DNA from: an uncultured Bacilli bacterium | Lineage (GTDB): Bacteria; Bacillota_I; Bacilli_A; RF39; UBA660 | Reading direction: 5' to 3' | Length of the DNA: 58,698 nucleotides | NCBI GenBank assembly: GCA_944358815.1 | Contig: CALVRX010000026.1 | Location: forward strand, 1 to 58,698 | In this document: positions 27,861 through 37,560 of the stretch, one piece after another | How positions within the stretch are numbered: position 1 is the first letter of the stretch | Layout of the letters: each line of letters begins with the position of its first letter | The notes under the pieces: generated by a model | Told to the model about the DNA's origin: nothing | Seen by the model: the letters and a program-made list of their open reading frames with translations, nothing else | The model's database searches: none | Position numbers and translations under genes: made by a program

Positions 27861-28260
27861 ATGTATTTTATTTGTGTATATAAATATGTTATTTATTTTA
27901 TTATTTCTATTTTATTATTTCTATTTTATTATTATTTTAATATGATAATTATAAATATTAGTAATTTTGATATATTTTAATATATTGTTTTCTATATGTT
28001 AATTGTATATTATTATACATGTTTAAATTTATTATCATATTATTTCCTATTGTTCATTTTTTATTATACTAATATATTATTTTTTATATAAATTGATAAT
28101 TTATATAATTATTTCAATTATTTATAAATTATATTCGATTTTTTTGATTAAATTATGTTTTAATATTTATTATATTTTTGATAAAATAGTATTTCTATTT
28201 TAATATTTAAAATTAAATATGTAGAGGTGTAAAGTTTTTTTATGAGTGTTTAAGATTTGT
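27861..28260. other. About 400-bp non-coding tract that is almost G/C-free, between convergent genes; contains a 3x 14-bp tandem repeat at 27893-27934
   Basis: The ORF track shows no ORF in any frame. Long runs contain only A and T. The unit (c/t)tattttattattt repeats with period 14. Confidence 0.7.
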
Positions 28261-28296
28261 TTTTACAACTCCCCTACCCTTATTTTTCAAGGTTTT

Positions 28297-29037
28297 TCAG
28301 CTTAACAAGTGATTGACATACATTAATAATATACCAACTAAGAAACTGATGATTGTGGTCTTTTTTTCTTCATATTGTAAAGCTGCTGGAAGTAATTCAA
28401 TTGCTGAAATATAAGTCATTATACCGGCAATAATGGCAAATAATGCCCCCATAATTGTGCTATTTATAATTGGTTTTAAAAATAAAAATGCAAGAATTGC
28501 TCCCAGTGGTTCTGACATACCGGATAAAAATGTTAAACCTAAGGCTTTCTGTTTATTTTTAGTGGCATAATATACTGGCATAGCAATACTAATTCCTTCT
28601 GGGATGTTATGCATGGCAATAGCTATAGTAATTGATATACCTAATTTGATATTAGTTTCTGATGATAAATAGGTAGCAATACCTTCTGGAATATTATGAA
28701 TAATAATAGCTATCATGGTGAAAATGCCTAATTTATATAATTTATTATTTTCTAGTTTGTTTGGTAATATTTTATCGATAAAAAGAGGAATGGTAAGTCC
28801 AATTATAATAAATATGGTAATATTTAAAAAAATAGAGTTTTTATTATGATATTGAAACATGGTTAGGCTTTCAGGAATAAGATCAAATAATGATACACTT
28901 AACATTACTCCGGAAGCAAAGGCTAAAGAGTTTTTAATAAGTTTATTTTTATTACCTTTAAGATATATGAAAAGACCACCAATAAGAGTAGATAGTCCAG
29001 CTATAATACATAATAAAAAAGGAAGAATGTGTTTCAT
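28297..29037 (-). CDS. zupT: ZIP-family zinc transporter
   Basis: Duplicated HNIPEGIA/HNIPEGIS motifs and 8 TM helices. ATG 29037 follows a GGTGAG RBS. Confidence 0.8.
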   Translation of the reverse strand: MKHILPFLLCIIAGLSTLIGGLFIYLKGNKNKLIKNSLAFASGVMLSVSLFDLIPESLTMFQYHNKNSIFLNITIFIIIGLTIPLFIDKILPNKLENNKLYKLGIFTMIAIIIHNIPEGIATYLSSETNIKLGISITIAIAMHNIPEGISIAMPVYYATKNKQKALGLTFLSGMSEPLGAILAFLFLKPIINSTIMGALFAIIAGIMTYISAIELLPAALQYEEKKTTIISFLVGILLMYVNHLLS

Positions 29038-29086
29038 GACTCTCACCTATTTAAATGTATGAAAAAAAGTATGAATTTTGCATACT

Positions 29087-29920
29087 TTAAAATCCAAATA
29101 TTTTTAAGATTAGTCCAGCAATGACACTTATCGAATATAAGATACCCACTATTTTAAGGTTTTCTTGGATGTTTTTGTTGGATTTAAATAAGATTAATAG
29201 TGCTACACCACTATTGGCTAAAAGACCGGCTAAGGCTGATGAAAATGGCAAAATATTAGAGATATATAATTCAGTTAAAATAATACTAGAGCCACAGTTT
29301 GGAATTAAACCAATTAATGCGGATATGAATGGTGTAAAGAAGTTGGTTTTATCAAATATATGTTTAATATTGTTTTCTCCTATATAATGAAATGCAGCAT
29401 TTAAAATAAAGGTAATTATAAATATAAATATTAATGTTTTTAAAGTGTGTTTAATAGATGATAACAATATACCATGTTCACAGTCACAGTGTTCTTCTTC
29501 ACAGATGTCAAAATGTTTTTTAGGATTTTCTTTTCTAATTATTAAATCAATAATAAATCCACATATAAAGCCAATAATTATTTTGATGGATACTAATAAT
29601 AGTATACTGTTTAATGGGGCTTTTTCAGCAATTAATATTGGCAACATTTCATCACTAGTTGATAGATATATAGCTATTAGCGTTCCTAAACTAATGATTC
29701 TTGTAATATAAAGATTAGTTGCTAGAACAGAAAATCCACATTGTGGTAAGGCGCCTAAAAGACTTCCAATTAATGGTCCGAATTTACCGGCTTTTTTTAT
29801 TGTTTTAGCGGTTTTATTAGAGAGTTTATGTTCAAAAAATTCAATAATTAAAAAAGCTATAAATAAGAATGGTAAGATTTTTAGGCAATCAAATATGGTA
29901 TCTAGAATTATTTCTTGCAT
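29087..29920 (-). CDS. Putative 10-TM heavy-metal permease (ArsP_2/DUF2899-like)
   Basis: The N-terminus ILDTIFDCLKILPFLFIAFLIIEFFEHK is family-like, and there is a central cytoplasmic Cys/His cluster (CEEEHCDCEHG). It lies adjacent to zupT. Confidence 0.45.
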   Translation of the reverse strand: MQEIILDTIFDCLKILPFLFIAFLIIEFFEHKLSNKTAKTIKKAGKFGPLIGSLLGALPQCGFSVLATNLYITRIISLGTLIAIYLSTSDEMLPILIAEKAPLNSILLLVSIKIIIGFICGFIIDLIIRKENPKKHFDICEEEHCDCEHGILLSSIKHTLKTLIFIFIITFILNAAFHYIGENNIKHIFDKTNFFTPFISALIGLIPNCGSSIILTELYISNILPFSSALAGLLANSGVALLILFKSNKNIQENLKIVGILYSISVIAGLILKIFGF

Positions 29921-30504
29921 AATGTTTTCCCCATTCCCATTTGTTTAAGGTTTTGATTTATTTCACTATCTGTAACCATTATAAATTCAGCGGTTTTAAG
30001 TTTTACTTTTTCTTTGAAAAGTGTACTTATTAATAGTCCATGAGTTACAACAATAACTTTATTATAATCTAAATATTTAGATAATGCTTTGATGGCTCTT
30101 TCTTGGACATGATTTAAGGCTTCTGTTTTAAAACTACATATATAATTATGATTTTGTTTTTTTAATTCCCAATCATGTTTAGCGGTTCTAATTAATTCTA
30201 AGAACTCTTTTTCAGTATTATAATTATTAGATAAGTCAGGAATCCATTCGTGCAATAATGGTTCGACATTTATATCTAAATTGTGTTTTTGAGCAATAAT
30301 ACTAGCTGTTTGCATAGTTCTGGTATAGGGCGATGATATTAAAATATCGCTATTTTCAAATATTTTATTTTCAGCAGTTTTTTTAACGTCACTAATGCCT
30401 TTAGTAGTTAATGGCGCTAAGGCTAAACCAGTACCTTTAAAGCCTAATTTTACTACTTCGTCATAAGTTGGTTCACCATGTCTTACTAAAATAAATTTTG
30501 TCAT
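29908..30504 (-). CDS. Histidine phosphatase superfamily protein (phosphoglycerate-mutase-like)
   Basis: The ILVRHGEP catalytic motif, SSPYTRTMQTA and VVTHG are present. ATG 30504 follows a GAGGTG RBS. Confidence 0.75.
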   Translation of the reverse strand: MTKFILVRHGEPTYDEVVKLGFKGTGLALAPLTTKGISDVKKTAENKIFENSDILISSPYTRTMQTASIIAQKHNLDINVEPLLHEWIPDLSNNYNTEKEFLELIRTAKHDWELKKQNHNYICSFKTEALNHVQERAIKALSKYLDYNKVIVVTHGLLISTLFKEKVKLKTAEFIMVTDSEINQNLKQMGMGKTLCKK

Positions 30505-30537
30505 ATAAAACACCTCGCTTTAATATTATAACATTTT

Positions 30538-31413
30538 TTATTTACCATGAGGATGAAATTCTTCGTAATTTTTTTGTAATCTTTCGTTTGTAATATGGGT
30601 ATATATTTGAGTGGTTGATATATCGCTATGACCTAGCAGCTCTTGAATACTTCTGAGGTCAGCACCATGTTTTAAAAGATGTGTGGCAAAAGAATGTCTT
30701 AAGGTATGCGGGGAAAATTGAGTTTTGATATTTTTTTCTTTGGCTATTTTTTGCAAGAGTTTGAAAAAACCTTGTCTAGTCATAGGATTACCATGATTAT
30801 TTAAAAATAAATAGTTATTTTCGCCATGTTTAAATAAGTTTTGTCTGTGATATGTAATATAGTTATTTAAAGCGTCTACGGCATAATCGTCTAAAGGGAC
30901 GATGCGTTCTTTGGATCCTTTACCAAATATTCTAACTGAAGCATTTTTTAAGTCAATATCATTTATGGTGAGATTTATTAATTCACTTACTCTAAGTCCG
31001 CTACTATACATGAGTTCTAACATAGCTTTATTACGGTAATCAAAATCGGTTTGAAGATTTATGTCTAATAAGTTGCTGACTTCTTCTTCGCTTAAAACTT
31101 TGGGAAGTGTTTTTGGTTTTTTAGGTGTAATTATTGTAGTTGTTGGATTATTTTTAGTATATTTATAAATTTCTAAAAATTTATAGAAACTTTTTAGTGT
31201 ACTTATGGTTCTAGAAATACTAGATGGGCTTTCTTGTTTTGCTTGATTTTGGAGATATGTTTCGATGTTTTGTTTAGTTAGTTTAGTAAAATCTTGATTA
31301 ATATTTTGATTTAGTTTGTTTAGATCATTAAGATAAGCCTCAACTGTGTTTTCACTATATTTTTTTTCATATCTTAAATAGTCAATAAATTCTTTAATTA
31401 ATTTTTGGTTCAT
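30538..31413 (-). CDS. xerD: Tyrosine recombinase XerD/XerC
   Basis: N-terminal SAM-like domain (YLRYEKKYSENTVEAYLNDL). The catalytic residues are seen in SGLRVSE, HTLRHSFATHLL and LLGHSDISTTQIYTH. Confidence 0.8.
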   Translation of the reverse strand: MNQKLIKEFIDYLRYEKKYSENTVEAYLNDLNKLNQNINQDFTKLTKQNIETYLQNQAKQESPSSISRTISTLKSFYKFLEIYKYTKNNPTTTIITPKKPKTLPKVLSEEEVSNLLDINLQTDFDYRNKAMLELMYSSGLRVSELINLTINDIDLKNASVRIFGKGSKERIVPLDDYAVDALNNYITYHRQNLFKHGENNYLFLNNHGNPMTRQGFFKLLQKIAKEKNIKTQFSPHTLRHSFATHLLKHGADLRSIQELLGHSDISTTQIYTHITNERLQKNYEEFHPHGK

Positions 31414-31519
31414 GTTATCACCTGTTTTTCTATATTTATTTTAACATATATTTAGTAATATATTTTGTATTTTTATAAAAATAAGTTATAATTGAATTAT
31501 GTGGTAAAGGAGATTTAAA

Positions 31520-32230
31520 ATGGAGAGTAATACGATTGTTAAAGTGAAGAATTACGGTCAGGAGCATGTTTTATCTATGGGTGATTTGTGTAAGATTCCT
31601 ATAGATAATATTTATTTTTCTAAGTGTGATCAAGAACTTGATTTAATTAGCTATTATAAGAATAAAGAGGAAGAATTATTACAAGCTGAACCTAAGGCTT
31701 TAAAGTATTTATGCAGTATTGATAAGAGTAAAGGTATTACGTCTTTATGCGGGGCAAATGGAGTTTTGCAGGCACCTTTAATTATTCAATATATGGGAGA
31801 TTTAATGTTTAGAGATTTAATTTCAGATACTGTTTTTTCTTTATATATGGAAGATGCAAATGTCAGTTGGTTTAAAAGTGTTTATGATATGGAAAGTTAT
31901 AAGTTAAATTGTCAGTATTTGATGGAACACCCATTAGTTATCGATATTAAACATTTATCTTTATGTGATGATTATTATGGGACATTTGTGTGGTATGCGA
32001 AAAGTAATTTGTCTAGGAAAAAGCAAATTATTAGTTTATTAGAACTGGCAGAAAATAAAAATAAAAAATTATTACAAAAACAGTATGCACGAATATTGAA
32101 TAATGTAAATAAAATATTGGAAGAACAACGATATTTTGAAGAGGCTTGTGATTTTATTAATGAAAGAAGATTTAATGCGCCTAAAGTGAAAACGTATGCG
32201 AGGTATATTAATGATAAAAGGAGACAGTAA
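31520..32230 (+). CDS. Hypothetical protein
   Basis: 236-aa ORF with an AAAGGAG RBS. I recognise no motifs. Confidence 0.5.
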   Translation: MESNTIVKVKNYGQEHVLSMGDLCKIPIDNIYFSKCDQELDLISYYKNKEEELLQAEPKALKYLCSIDKSKGITSLCGANGVLQAPLIIQYMGDLMFRDLISDTVFSLYMEDANVSWFKSVYDMESYKLNCQYLMEHPLVIDIKHLSLCDDYYGTFVWYAKSNLSRKKQIISLLELAENKNKKLLQKQYARILNNVNKILEEQRYFEEACDFINERRFNAPKVKTYARYINDKRRQ

Positions 32231-32239
32231 GGTGATGAT

Positions 32240-33439
32240 ATGCGACCACTAGCAGATTTACTGAGACCTAGCAAATTAGATGATGTGGTAGGACAAAAAC
32301 ATTTGATTGGTCAAGGTAAGATTCTTTATAATTTAGTTAAACATGGTAGGATTTTTTCAATGATATTATATGGTCCATGTGGCACTGGAAAAACTACTTT
32401 AGCATATACTATAGTTAGTGAACTTAAATTAAATTATGAGTTTTTTAATGCGGTAATTAATAGTAAAAAGGATTTAGATTTAATTATTGAAAAAGCTAAA
32501 GCGAATGATGGTGTTGTTTTAATTGTCGATGAGATACATCGTTTAAATAAGGATAAACAGGATTTATTACTCCCCTATTTAGAAAATGGATTAATTATTT
32601 TAATTGGTTTAACTACAGCTAATCCGTATCATTCAATTAATCCAGCTATTAGGAGTAGATGCCAATTATTTGAGGTAAAAGCACTTAGTGATTCGGATAT
32701 TGAAGAGGCATTGGAAAAATCTTGCAAGTATTTAGATAAAATTAAAATTGATAATACGGCAATTAATTATATCGCAAAACTTGCCAATGGTGATTTAAGA
32801 TATGCTTATAATTTATTAGAAGTGGCATATTATGCTTCCGATGATTTTAGTATTTCTATGGAAGATATTAAAAAAATTAATAATAAACCAAGTTTATATA
32901 TAGATAAAAACGATGATGGTTATTATGATGTAATTAGTGCTTTACAAAAATCAATTCGTGGTAGTGATGTTAATGCGGCTTTACATTATTTAGCTAGGTT
33001 ACTAGTGGCAGAAGATTTAGATATTATTTTTAGAAGACTATCGGTAATAGCTTATGAAGATATTGGGCTAGCTAATCCGGCTATAGGTCCGAGGTTAGAA
33101 GCAGCAATTAAGGCGGCTGAACGAGTGGGATTACCAGAGGCTAGAATTCCGCTTGGTGAAATTGTAATTGATATGGCTTTATCACCAAAATCAAATACAG
33201 CTCATGTAGCTTTAGATAGTGCAATTAACGATGTACGTATGGGACATGTGGGTAAGGTACCTAACCATTTGAAGACTAATTCAAAGGATTATAAATATCC
33301 TCATAATTATAAGGGTAGTTATGTGAAACAACAATATTTACCAGATGAGTTGGTAGGAAGACGATATTTTAATCCAAAAATGAGTAGCAAATATGAGATT
33401 AATTTAAAAAACATTTACGACAAAATAAATAGGATGTAA
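32240..33439 (+). CDS. rarA: Replication-associated recombination protein A (AAA+ ATPase, MgsA/RarA)
   Basis: LRPSKLDDVVGQKHL, GPCGTGKTT (Walker A), LIVDEIHR (Walker B), AL(Q)KSIRGSD..AALHYLARL and the ..YKYPH.. tail. Confidence 0.9.
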   Translation: MRPLADLLRPSKLDDVVGQKHLIGQGKILYNLVKHGRIFSMILYGPCGTGKTTLAYTIVSELKLNYEFFNAVINSKKDLDLIIEKAKANDGVVLIVDEIHRLNKDKQDLLLPYLENGLIILIGLTTANPYHSINPAIRSRCQLFEVKALSDSDIEEALEKSCKYLDKIKIDNTAINYIAKLANGDLRYAYNLLEVAYYASDDFSISMEDIKKINNKPSLYIDKNDDGYYDVISALQKSIRGSDVNAALHYLARLLVAEDLDIIFRRLSVIAYEDIGLANPAIGPRLEAAIKAAERVGLPEARIPLGEIVIDMALSPKSNTAHVALDSAINDVRMGHVGKVPNHLKTNSKDYKYPHNYKGSYVKQQYLPDELVGRRYFNPKMSSKYEINLKNIYDKINRM

Positions 33440-33446
33440 ATGTTTT

Positions 33447-34367
33447 TTATTTTAAGATAAAGAGTTCTAAGGCTAAATTTTTATTAATAGTACCGGTCTT
33501 GATACCTATATCAATATCGGCTAGATTATTAAGATATTTAAGTAAGGTTTGTGAAGTGTACTGACGAGAATTTTGGATGGCTAATTTAACTCTATATGGA
33601 TGGATTTTAAGGATATTAGCAATGTCTTTTTCACTATAGCCTTTTTTTAATAGTTCTTTAGATTGATACATTATTCTAAATTGATTGGCTAAAATAACGA
33701 TTATTTTGATTGGTTCTTCATTCATTTTTAGCATTTCATAATAAAGTTCTAGGGCTTTTTCCCGATCTTTTTTGACTATATAATCAATTAGTTTAAAAAT
33801 ATCTATTTCAATAATTTTAGTGGTTAAATTTAAAATATCTTCATCTTTAATATTTTTATCTTGATCTTTATATATTTTGATTTTATTGATTTCATTTTGG
33901 ATAATCAGTGGGTTATGCCCTACTCTATTTAAAAATAGATTAATAGTTTGGGGAGCAATATTATAGTCTTTTAAAAGTTTTTTGACTAAATTGGCTGGAT
34001 TAATGTCATCATTATATTCTTTGACTTGTCCAACTTTTTTGATGAGTTTGGTTATTTTTTTTCTAGCATCTAGTTTATCGGTATGGGCAATGAAAATTAA
34101 AGTCGCACTTGGGTTTATATGATTTAAGTATTCTTCTATTAAATCGCTATCTTTGGATGTGGAGGCTGTAAACATATTGGCATTGTCAATAATGATGGTT
34201 TTGTCTTCATTAAATAATGAAATTGTTTTAGCATCTTCAAGAGCGTCTTTTAATAAGTCATTATTTAAATCATATTTACTGATGTTCATTTTATCTTGAT
34301 TTTTGGTTATTTTTTTTATTTCTTCATTGATTTGAAAATCTTTGGTTCCATATAAAAGATATACCAT
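33447..34367 (-). CDS. holA: DNA polymerase III delta subunit
   Basis: The N-terminus VYLLYG..F, the size (about 306 aa) and the helical C-terminal domain pattern fit HolA. ATG 34367 follows an AGGTGA RBS. Confidence 0.7.
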   Translation of the reverse strand: MVYLLYGTKDFQINEEIKKITKNQDKMNISKYDLNNDLLKDALEDAKTISLFNEDKTIIIDNANMFTASTSKDSDLIEEYLNHINPSATLIFIAHTDKLDARKKITKLIKKVGQVKEYNDDINPANLVKKLLKDYNIAPQTINLFLNRVGHNPLIIQNEINKIKIYKDQDKNIKDEDILNLTTKIIEIDIFKLIDYIVKKDREKALELYYEMLKMNEEPIKIIVILANQFRIMYQSKELLKKGYSEKDIANILKIHPYRVKLAIQNSRQYTSQTLLKYLNNLADIDIGIKTGTINKNLALELFILK

Positions 34368-34390
34368 AAATATCACCTAATAATAGTATA

Positions 34391-34414
34391 ACATAAAAAC
34401 ACCTGACGGTGTTT
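34391..34414 (-). terminator. Terminator after the 149-aa membrane protein gene
   Basis: On the minus strand, aaacaccgtcaggtgttt is followed by ttatgtt. The stem is 7 bp. Confidence 0.55.
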
Positions 34415-34862
34415 ATTCGTTAAAAAATTCATCATTAGCTTTAGCAACTTCTTCAGCATGGCTAAGTGGTTTTTTATTTTTTTTAGAATGAGTTATTTGT
34501 ATTTTTTCATATTTCTTGACACCAAAGATTAAAATGACAACAAAAGCTCCAGCAAAAACAGCTCCTAAAATGACTTGTAAGACGTTGGGCAATGATAAGA
34601 CAATTGTTGTTTTATCAAATGTTAATCTTAATGTACCAGATAAAACAAATAAGGCAACTAAACCATATCCGGCATCTTTATTAAATGTAAGTTTTCCTAG
34701 TAAGTAGGCATTAGCAAAGGGAATCCAAGCCATAACAGTCGGATTGCCTGTTACTTTTTTATTAAATCTGTTTAGGAAAATAGCTAAAGCTGAGTAGCAT
34801 ACGATGATAATAATTATTATAATGGCTATAAAGAAATACAAAAATTCTGATGTTCCATTCAT
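34413..34862 (-). CDS. Hypothetical membrane protein (3-4 TM)
   Basis: GGGGAGGA RBS and a TGaTAAAAT extended -10 upstream. The protein is hydrophobic with no recognised motifs. Confidence 0.5.
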   Translation of the reverse strand: MNGTSEFLYFFIAIIIIIIIVCYSALAIFLNRFNKKVTGNPTVMAWIPFANAYLLGKLTFNKDAGYGLVALFVLSGTLRLTFDKTTIVLSLPNVLQVILGAVFAGAFVVILIFGVKKYEKIQITHSKKNKKPLSHAEEVAKANDEFFNE

Positions 34863-34946
34863 GTTTATTCCTCCCCTATTATTCTTTGGTTACTTTAACC
34901 TAATATTATTTTATCATAAATTGGAAATAAATAATATACTAAATTA

Positions 34947-36365
34947 TTATTTTTTCGGAATTTCAAAGTAGAATGTCGATCCTTTAGTTGAACTTTCGAC
35001 GCCATATTTATAGTTGTGATTTTGAAGAATATTTTTGACTATCGATAGTCCTAATCCGGTACCATAGTTATTACGTTTGTGCTTTTTGTCACTGTGATAG
35101 TATTTATCCCAAATATGTTTAAGATCTTCTTTTTTGATGCCTTTACCAGTATCTTTGATTTCTATTTTATAACATTGCTTGTTTTCTTTAATATTGATAA
35201 AGACTTTTTTATCAGCACCCGTATAGTTTATGGCATTGTTGATTAGGTTATATATGACTTGATAGATTCTTTTATAATCCGCATTTATAATGGTTTTGTC
35301 TGGATGAGTAAAAATAAATTGATATTTTTCTTGTTCTGATAAAATTTTAAAGCGTTTTATGACTTGATTAATGAGATCTATGAGGTCAATTTGTTCAATT
35401 TTTAAAACAGTGTTTCCGGATTCAGTGGCTGATAGGTCTAAAATATCATTGACAAGTAAAGTTAGACGGTCAGTTTCTTCGATTATGATGTTTAAATTTT
35501 CTTCTCTTTTTTCTTTGTTGTTATAAGTTAAATCTCGAACCATTTCGGCATAAGCCTTAATCATTGTTAATGGGGTTTTAAGATCGTGACTGACATTAGC
35601 CATAAGATCTCTTTTTAAACTTTCGGTTTTAGATAGTTCTTCTTTAGCATAATTTAACGAATCGGCTAGTTCGGCTATTTCATAGATATTACTACCGGCA
35701 TTAAAATTGGCGGTAAAATTGCCATCGGCTAGTTTTTTGGCTTCATTACTGATTTTAGTAATGGGTTTAGATAATTTTTTAGAGATAAAATAACCAATAA
35801 TTAATGATAAAATAAGCACAATAATTGTGGCAATAATAAACTGACTACTTAGTATTGTGATAGTAGAATCAAGTGGTTCAAGTGAGGCATTTATGAAGGC
35901 ATATAAATCTTTGTCTAATTTTAAGGCATATATTAATGTTTCGTTTTGATATTGGCTATTGATAAGATTATAGTGCTGCTCTAAAAGTCCACTATTGATA
36001 AAGTCACGTTTTACTTTAAAATTACGATTACCAAATTCCATACATCCTTTATTGGATACAGTGGCAGCATAAATATCTGGTCCATATATTTCAATACAGA
36101 TGTCTCTTTTTTGAGCGATATTTTCGATAACTTGTTTATTTAAAGTGAGGCTTTCTCGAAGTTCAGTGGCAGCTTTATCTAGTTCGTCAGTTTTATATGC
36201 CTTATAATAGCTTCCTAAGAAAATAATTTGAAAGAACCAAAGAAAACAGAGGATGAAAATAGAAAAGGCAATTAGGAAAAGCCAAATATTTATTTTCAGA
36301 CTGTTTTTATTAGTGTTTTTAATATTATTTTTAATTTTATTTATGATTGCTTTTATTTTATTCAT
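34947..36365 (-). CDS. Sensor histidine kinase (2 TM, extracytoplasmic loop, HAMP, HisKA, HATPase_c)
   Basis: SHDLKTPLTMIKAYAEM (H-box), NLINNAINYT (N-box), DTGKGI (G1) and GTGLGLSIV (G2). Confidence 0.9.
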   Translation of the reverse strand: MNKIKAIINKIKNNIKNTNKNSLKINIWLFLIAFSIFILCFLWFFQIIFLGSYYKAYKTDELDKAATELRESLTLNKQVIENIAQKRDICIEIYGPDIYAATVSNKGCMEFGNRNFKVKRDFINSGLLEQHYNLINSQYQNETLIYALKLDKDLYAFINASLEPLDSTITILSSQFIIATIIVLILSLIIGYFISKKLSKPITKISNEAKKLADGNFTANFNAGSNIYEIAELADSLNYAKEELSKTESLKRDLMANVSHDLKTPLTMIKAYAEMVRDLTYNNKEKREENLNIIIEETDRLTLLVNDILDLSATESGNTVLKIEQIDLIDLINQVIKRFKILSEQEKYQFIFTHPDKTIINADYKRIYQVIYNLINNAINYTGADKKVFINIKENKQCYKIEIKDTGKGIKKEDLKHIWDKYYHSDKKHKRNNYGTGLGLSIVKNILQNHNYKYGVESSTKGSTFYFEIPKK

Positions 36366-37029
36366 TTTCTTTGGTTACGAATTTATAACCCACTCCTCTA
36401 ACAGTGGTTATAAGATTTCGGTATGGTCCTAGATTATTTCTTAGCATTTTGACATGAGTATCAATAGTACGATCGTCGCCAAAGAAGTCATAACCCCATA
36501 TTTTATTTAATAGCTGATTTCGTGATAAGGCGATATTTTCGTTGGTTACAAAATAGCAAAGCAGTTCATATTCTTTTAAGGTTAATTTTACTTCTTTGCC
36601 GTTAATATATACAGCATGTCCTGGGTAATCAATTTTTAAGCCTTTATATTCATAGGTGTCGGGAATCATTTTACCACTTCGTTTTAAAATAGCTTTAATT
36701 CTAGCTAAAAGTTCTTTAGGGCTAAAAGGTTTAGTTAGGTAGTCATCAGTACCTAAATCAAAGCCTTTCAATTTATCGTATTCTTCATTTCTAGCAGATA
36801 AAATGATGACGGGGATATTTTGGGTTTTCTTTATTTCTTCTAGAAAAGTCATGCCATCCATTTTAGGCATCATGATGTCAAGGACTATTAAATCTATTTT
36901 TTGATTTTGGATGATTTGCAAGGCTTCTATGCCATTTTCTGCTTCAACGGTTTCGTAGTTTTCTGTTTCGGCATAGGTTTTAATGACATCACGAATTAAT
37001 TTTTCATCGTCGACAATTAATAAACGCAT
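36358..37029 (-). CDS. OmpR-family response regulator
   Basis: LLIVDDE, DLIVLDIMMPKMDG, LTKPF and the winged-helix tail TVRGVGYKF. It overlaps the kinase gene by 8 nt. Confidence 0.9.
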   Translation of the reverse strand: MRLLIVDDEKLIRDVIKTYAETENYETVEAENGIEALQIIQNQKIDLIVLDIMMPKMDGMTFLEEIKKTQNIPVIILSARNEEYDKLKGFDLGTDDYLTKPFSPKELLARIKAILKRSGKMIPDTYEYKGLKIDYPGHAVYINGKEVKLTLKEYELLCYFVTNENIALSRNQLLNKIWGYDFFGDDRTIDTHVKMLRNNLGPYRNLITTVRGVGYKFVTKENE

Positions 37030-37090
37030 AACATCATCTCCATATATAATATATAACTTTTGTGTGAATTTTTTGTGAAAGAAAAAAAGC

Positions 37091-37480
37091 CTATGCAGCT
37101 TTTAATTGATTTTTTGTTTTACATAATACTTTAACTCTAACGGTTGGATGAAGAGCTTCTGATAATACTGTTTCATCACCTTTAATAAAACGCATGTTGC
37201 TATCTGTTGGAGTAAGATGAATTGGTTCCATTCTCTTAAGTTGATGATTTAAATGGTCAATTCCTTGTGTGTCTAAGTAAATATTAGCTAAATGAGTTAA
37301 ACTAATAGTATTTTCTGCTATAAAGTCATTTAACTCTTTTCTTTGAATTTCATTTAAATTATCTAAGTTGGTTGCATATTCATACATTTGTCTAATACGC
37401 GTTAAGTCAGATGGATGATTTTCTTTGTTATATGTATTAAGTGCATTACGAAATTTCTTTAAATATTCTATTTTTTGCAC
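37091..37480 (-). CDS. Hypothetical 129-aa protein
   Basis: GTG start with a GGGAGTGG RBS, driven by the consensus promoter at 37512-37550. I recognise no motifs. Confidence 0.5.
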   Translation of the reverse strand: MQKIEYLKKFRNALNTYNKENHPSDLTRIRQMYEYATNLDNLNEIQRKELNDFIAENTISLTHLANIYLDTQGIDHLNHQLKRMEPIHLTPTDSNMRFIKGDETVLSEALHPTVRVKVLCKTKNQLKAA

Positions 37481-37511
37481 GTTACCACTCCCTTTAAGTC
37501 AGATGTTATTA

Positions 37512-37550
37512 ATTATATACTTTTTTTTACGTTTTGTCAACTTTTGTCAA
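37512..37550 (-). promoter_or_regulatory. Consensus SigA promoter with a duplicated -35 box
   Basis: The minus strand reads TTGACAAAAGTTGACAAAAC. The proximal TTGACA (37535-37540) is followed by a 17-nt spacer and TATAAT (37512-37517). Confidence 0.6.
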
Positions 37551-37560
37551 TATTTTAATT

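Noticed and set aside
27870-28020. Second, degenerate dif-like sites (around ..ataaatatgttatttatttt.. at ~27878 and ..tatatgttaattgtata.. at ~27994) that would indicate an IMEX flanked by dif repeats.
   Set aside because: Only 5-6 of 11 positions match in the XerD arm and the ATAA end of the left arm is absent. That level of similarity is expected by chance in nearly pure A/T sequence.
27861-28260. AT-rich tract as a CRISPR array, an rRNA/tRNA-containing region or an origin of replication.
   Set aside because: There is no regular repeat-spacer periodicity beyond three 14-bp units. There are no DnaA-box-like TTATCCACA motifs and no structured-RNA-like G/C content. Gene orientation converges here, as at a terminus, rather than diverging as at an origin.
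26947-28276. Perfect 11-bp G/C-rich inverted repeat taggggagttg (26947-26957) / caactccccta (28266-28276) bracketing the HTH gene, dif and the AT-rich tract; possible terminal inverted repeats of an inserted element.
   Set aside because: Similarity does not extend convincingly beyond the 11-mer and there are no target-site duplications or transposase. The left copy sits inside a promoter spacer. This could be a shared operator or chance, so it is worth a motif search but is not supportable as a mobile element.
30538-31413. Tyrosine recombinase as the integrase of a mobile element or genomic island.
   Set aside because: The full XerD-like architecture with an N-terminal SAM-like domain is present. 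There are no flanking att-like direct repeats, tRNA or phage/conjugation genes. The neighbours are housekeeping genes and a dif-like site lies 2.7 kb away. All of this fits the chromosomal XerC/D recombinase.
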